Source of the DNA: a virus
Taxonomy: Duplodnaviria > Caudoviricetes
Virus record (IMG/VR): IMGVR_UViG_3300042262_000189
Location: 1 to 47,606 of that record
Strand: one strand, 5' to 3'
Length of the DNA: 47,606 nucleotides
The notes beneath the pieces are model-generated. The model had not been told where the DNA came from. It did not search any database and was given only the letters and a program-made list of their open reading frames with translations. Shown piece after piece: positions 44,394 through 47,606 of this stretch (within the stretch, counting starts at the first letter, position 1; every line of letters starts with the position of its first letter). A program made the position numbers and the translations under genes.

Positions 44394-47300
44394 CTATTCG
44401 ATTATACCCGTCGCGTCTGCCTGGTGAGCCGCTGGAAACCTACGAGCACCGGGATACGACGCTTCACGACTGGATGCTGCAGCACGTCGATAACTACCGT
44501 AACGAGATGGCGCAGCGTGTCGCCTTCGAGGTTAATGGTAAACCGGTCCCACCGGCAGAATGGCCGTTATGTTTTATCAGCGCTGAGAGCGACGTAAAAG
44601 TTTATCCGATCCCGGGGGAAGGGGTCTCTGCGGCGACTATTGCGGCATGGGCGGCAGCGGCTATTGCTGCAGCGTCGGCTGTCTATGTACTGATCACCAT
44701 GTCGAACATGGATAAAGGCGGGTACTCATCCTCAAATGGTCTGGGGCTGGATTTAAACCCGGCTAAAGCGAACCAGGCTAAGCTCGGCGATCCCATTCGC
44801 GAAGTGTTTGGCCGCTGCCGTATCTATCCCGATTATGTCGTACAGCCAGTGACGCGCTTTAATCCTGATGATCCCACGCTAATGACTGTTGAAATGATGG
44901 TTTGCCTGGGGAAAGGGAACTTCGCGTTTACGAATGGCGATATTCGGGTAGGTTCCACACCCATTTCGGCGTTAGGGGATTCGTTCAGTCACAACGTTTA
45001 TGCACCCGGCGCGGATGTCTCAGGGGATCGGCGTAGTGAAAACTGGTTCAACTCGACAGAGGTTGGTGGCACCTCCAGCGGCAGCGGTCTTGATATGGCT
45101 CAGACGTCGCCGAACTCGACGGATATTAATGCCGACAGCATGTCGGTATCTGGTGCTTCGGTGACATTTAACGGGTTGGATGATGGCAATGATGGCAATG
45201 ATGGTGATGATGAGGGTAATTCGCTGCCTGCTTCATGGGTTGAGGGCGCCATAGTCACGATCGTTGCCCCGATGAACGTCCTTGTTTCAAGCGCGTCAGG
45301 TTATAGCGTTCTGGTCAGTAACGCGCTGAGTGAAATAATTCCCTATTCTGGTATGCCTGTGACCCTGGAAATCAGCGGCGCTGAATACGATTTGGTTATT
45401 GCAACGTATACAGCAAAACAGGATGCGGTGCCGGGGGTAGGTGGCTCAGCTGCGATACTCAGGGGGAATTCTGCCCCGACAACATATGATTTTTCGGCTG
45501 GAGGCCAGACCTTTAGCCTGACATGGCAGGGGGTAACCTATAGCGTTTCACTGGTTACAAACTACGGCAACATGTCCGGGTTGCTGGTCGCTATAAATGA
45601 TTCAATTTCTGGCTCAAACCTGATAGCGCATGACGATGGCGGAGTTGTCAGAATAGTTGAAAAATCTAGCCCCTGGCTGGGTGGCAGCATTACCACATCC
45701 TCTCTGCCTGTTTCAGTGTTCGGTGATAACCCGGTATTTACCGCGGGCACGGAATCAACTGGTGGTAGTCCTGCGGTCACAGCAAATATCACGCTCGCCT
45801 ATGGTAGTGCCGGCGGTGCGGCATTTTCGGGAATTCCTGAGGGGACGCAGCGCCTTTCACTGGCACATCGCGGTAACGAATACCGTATTTCGGATGCGGA
45901 CGGCACGACCGCAACGGTTCAGAGACTGGTTGACGGCGTTATCGATCTCACCTGGTTGGGTTTTTCTCCGCGCACGATGATCGACTATCAGGCTACCGGT
46001 ATAAACGACAATGATACATGGATGGGGCCTTTCCTTGTGTGCCCTGAAAACGAAGTGGTTGACGCGTTCGAGGTCAACTTTTCGTTTCCGTCAGGAATCT
46101 GCGGTTTCGACAGTAAGGGGAAAAAACGAGTTCGTCACTGCGAGTGGGAAATTCAGTACCGTGTTTATGGTTCGGGTGCCGGTTGGGCGAGCAGGGAGGG
46201 CGTTTATGCCCTGCAGAACGTCAACGGTTTGGGGTTTACTGAGCGATTCAATCTGGCGTCACCGGGTCTTGTCGAGGTCCGCTGCAGGCGCCGGAACGAA
46301 CAGGGGTCGAATAACGCACGCGACTCGATGTACTGGCAGGCGCTACGCGGTCGGCTACTGGCTCGGCCATCATCCTATGCTGGCGTCACCCTGATGGGGG
46401 TTACGGTTGAGACGGGGGGCAAACTGGCGGCGCAGTCTGACCGGCGCGTAAACGTTGTAGCCACACGGATTTATGATTCTGGCGTTGCCCGTAGTATTTC
46501 TGGCGCGCTCTACCACGTTGGACGCTCTCTGGACATGGAGATGGACACGGTAGCGATTGATGCTCTGGAGCAGGCGTACTGGACCCCGAACGGCGAAACC
46601 TTCGATTATTTTACGGGAGACAGTATCTCCGCGCTGGAAATGCTGCAGAAAATCGCTGCCGCAGGTAAGAGTTATTTTCTGCTGAATACCCAATCTGTTG
46701 CGTCAGTGGGGCGTGAAGGCGTTAAACCCTGGACCGGGGCTATTACCCCTCATGAGATGGTCTCCGAGATGCAGACCGATTTCAGCACGGTGACCGACGA
46801 CGATTACGATGGCGTTGATGTGACCTATATCAACGGCACGACGTGGGCAGAAGAGACGGTGCAATGCCGTCTGCCTGGCAACCCGACACCTCAGAAAATA
46901 GAGGCATACCGGGCTGATGGTGTAGGCAATCCCGATCATGCGTACCAGATTGGTATGCGCAGGCTGATGAAATACCAGCTGCAGCGCATGACGCATAAAA
47001 CGACGACGGAGCTGGATGCGCTCTGCTACAACCTCGGGGATCGTATCGTGCTGACTGACGATATCCCCGGCAGTAACACCATTTCGTGCTTGATTGAGTC
47101 GATGGCTACTGCTGGTGGGGTGACCATATTCGATGTGTCGGAGTCGCTGGACTGGTCATTTGCAAATCCACGCATCTATCTGCGTTATCAGGATGGAACC
47201 GCTTCACGGCTATTTGAGGCGTCATCGACGGGTGACAACTATCAGGTATCCGTACCGTATCAATCTGAGTTTGCCGATATCCTGATGGATGATCCGATCA

Positions 47301-47467
47301 TTGAACCGCCCCGGTTAGTTTTCTGCAGTTCTGAGAGCGACCTCTACGACGCCATTGTGTCAGAAGTTGTGCCACAGGATGACGGTACATGCGAGGTAAC
47401 CGCCCGGCAATACCGCGCTGAATTTTACGACTACGACAACGCCACATACCCCGGCAACGTCGCGTAA
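44390..47467 (+). CDS. Tail tip / host specificity protein (J-like)
   Basis: 1025 aa; LGDPIREVFG, YDGVDVTY; position after minor tail genes. Confidence 0.87.
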   Translation: MTIRLYPSRLPGEPLETYEHRDTTLHDWMLQHVDNYRNEMAQRVAFEVNGKPVPPAEWPLCFISAESDVKVYPIPGEGVSAATIAAWAAAAIAAASAVYVLITMSNMDKGGYSSSNGLGLDLNPAKANQAKLGDPIREVFGRCRIYPDYVVQPVTRFNPDDPTLMTVEMMVCLGKGNFAFTNGDIRVGSTPISALGDSFSHNVYAPGADVSGDRRSENWFNSTEVGGTSSGSGLDMAQTSPNSTDINADSMSVSGASVTFNGLDDGNDGNDGDDEGNSLPASWVEGAIVTIVAPMNVLVSSASGYSVLVSNALSEIIPYSGMPVTLEISGAEYDLVIATYTAKQDAVPGVGGSAAILRGNSAPTTYDFSAGGQTFSLTWQGVTYSVSLVTNYGNMSGLLVAINDSISGSNLIAHDDGGVVRIVEKSSPWLGGSITTSSLPVSVFGDNPVFTAGTESTGGSPAVTANITLAYGSAGGAAFSGIPEGTQRLSLAHRGNEYRISDADGTTATVQRLVDGVIDLTWLGFSPRTMIDYQATGINDNDTWMGPFLVCPENEVVDAFEVNFSFPSGICGFDSKGKKRVRHCEWEIQYRVYGSGAGWASREGVYALQNVNGLGFTERFNLASPGLVEVRCRRRNEQGSNNARDSMYWQALRGRLLARPSSYAGVTLMGVTVETGGKLAAQSDRRVNVVATRIYDSGVARSISGALYHVGRSLDMEMDTVAIDALEQAYWTPNGETFDYFTGDSISALEMLQKIAAAGKSYFLLNTQSVASVGREGVKPWTGAITPHEMVSEMQTDFSTVTDDDYDGVDVTYINGTTWAEETVQCRLPGNPTPQKIEAYRADGVGNPDHAYQIGMRRLMKYQLQRMTHKTTTELDALCYNLGDRIVLTDDIPGSNTISCLIESMATAGGVTIFDVSESLDWSFANPRIYLRYQDGTASRLFEASSTGDNYQVSVPYQSEFADILMDDPIIEPPRLVFCSSESDLYDAIVSEVVPQDDGTCEVTARQYRAEFYDYDNATYPGNVA

Positions 47468-47543
47468 CACCCCACAAAACCCCCGATTAACTCTTTTCGC
47501 ACAAACCCTCGTTTGCGCGAACGCTATTTTTTGGAGCAAAAAC

Positions 47544-47606
47544 ATGGCCTTTAACCCGGAGCTGGGGAGCACGTCTCCCGCTGTGTTGGTCGATAACGCC
47601 AAACGC
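47544..47606 (+). CDS. Tail fibre/spike protein, 5' end only
   Basis: GGAG RBS; MAFNPELGSTSPAVLVDNAKR, open to the window edge. Confidence 0.7.
   Translation, partial: MAFNPELGSTSPAVLVDNAKR

Larger units (their letters stand above)
389..47606. mobile_element. Lambdoid prophage integrated in icd; right end lies beyond the window
   Basis: Integrase directly after icd, then the complete lambdoid gene order through the tail genes. Confidence 0.95.

Noticed and set aside
45182-45211. GATGGCAAT tandem repeat in the tail tip gene
   Set aside because: Short in-frame low-complexity acidic loop; no sign of phase variation.
44390-47606. Tail diversification system (DGR or invertase)
   Set aside because: No reverse transcriptase, invertase or template repeat within the window; the fibre region is cut off.

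Overview
The window holds most of an apparently intact lambdoid (HK97-head, long-tailed) enterobacterial prophage integrated in the 3' end of icd, the phage 21/e14-type site. In order it contains icd/attL, int-xis, a leftward early operon (Ea/ead-like genes, ParB-like, YfdR/Q/P-like), a ~700 nt structured non-coding leader with a DicF-like sRNA, the cI/cro/cII-like switch, replication, three DNA methyltransferases, RusA, Q with pR', and tRNA-Thr(UGU). A moron-rich zone follows, then lysis, HNH/cos/terminase, and head and tail genes; the window ends at the start of a tail fibre/spike gene. Best leads: (1) a small late-region gene carrying a protein-level copy of the phage's own tape-measure C-terminus; (2) two sequence-divergent copies of one bistable RBS-sequestering leader RNA; (3) an AT-rich ADP-ribosyltransferase-like + DUF6575/wHTH-like operon, a candidate defence system; (4) an acr-aca-like module (small acidic protein + HTH, twin operators); (5) an array of related long RNA stems with variable loops; (6) a recurring GUGCAG-loop hairpin + GUGUAUGGAGAAA motif in a phage with no recognisable N gene. 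All family names come from motif recognition by eye, not database searches.
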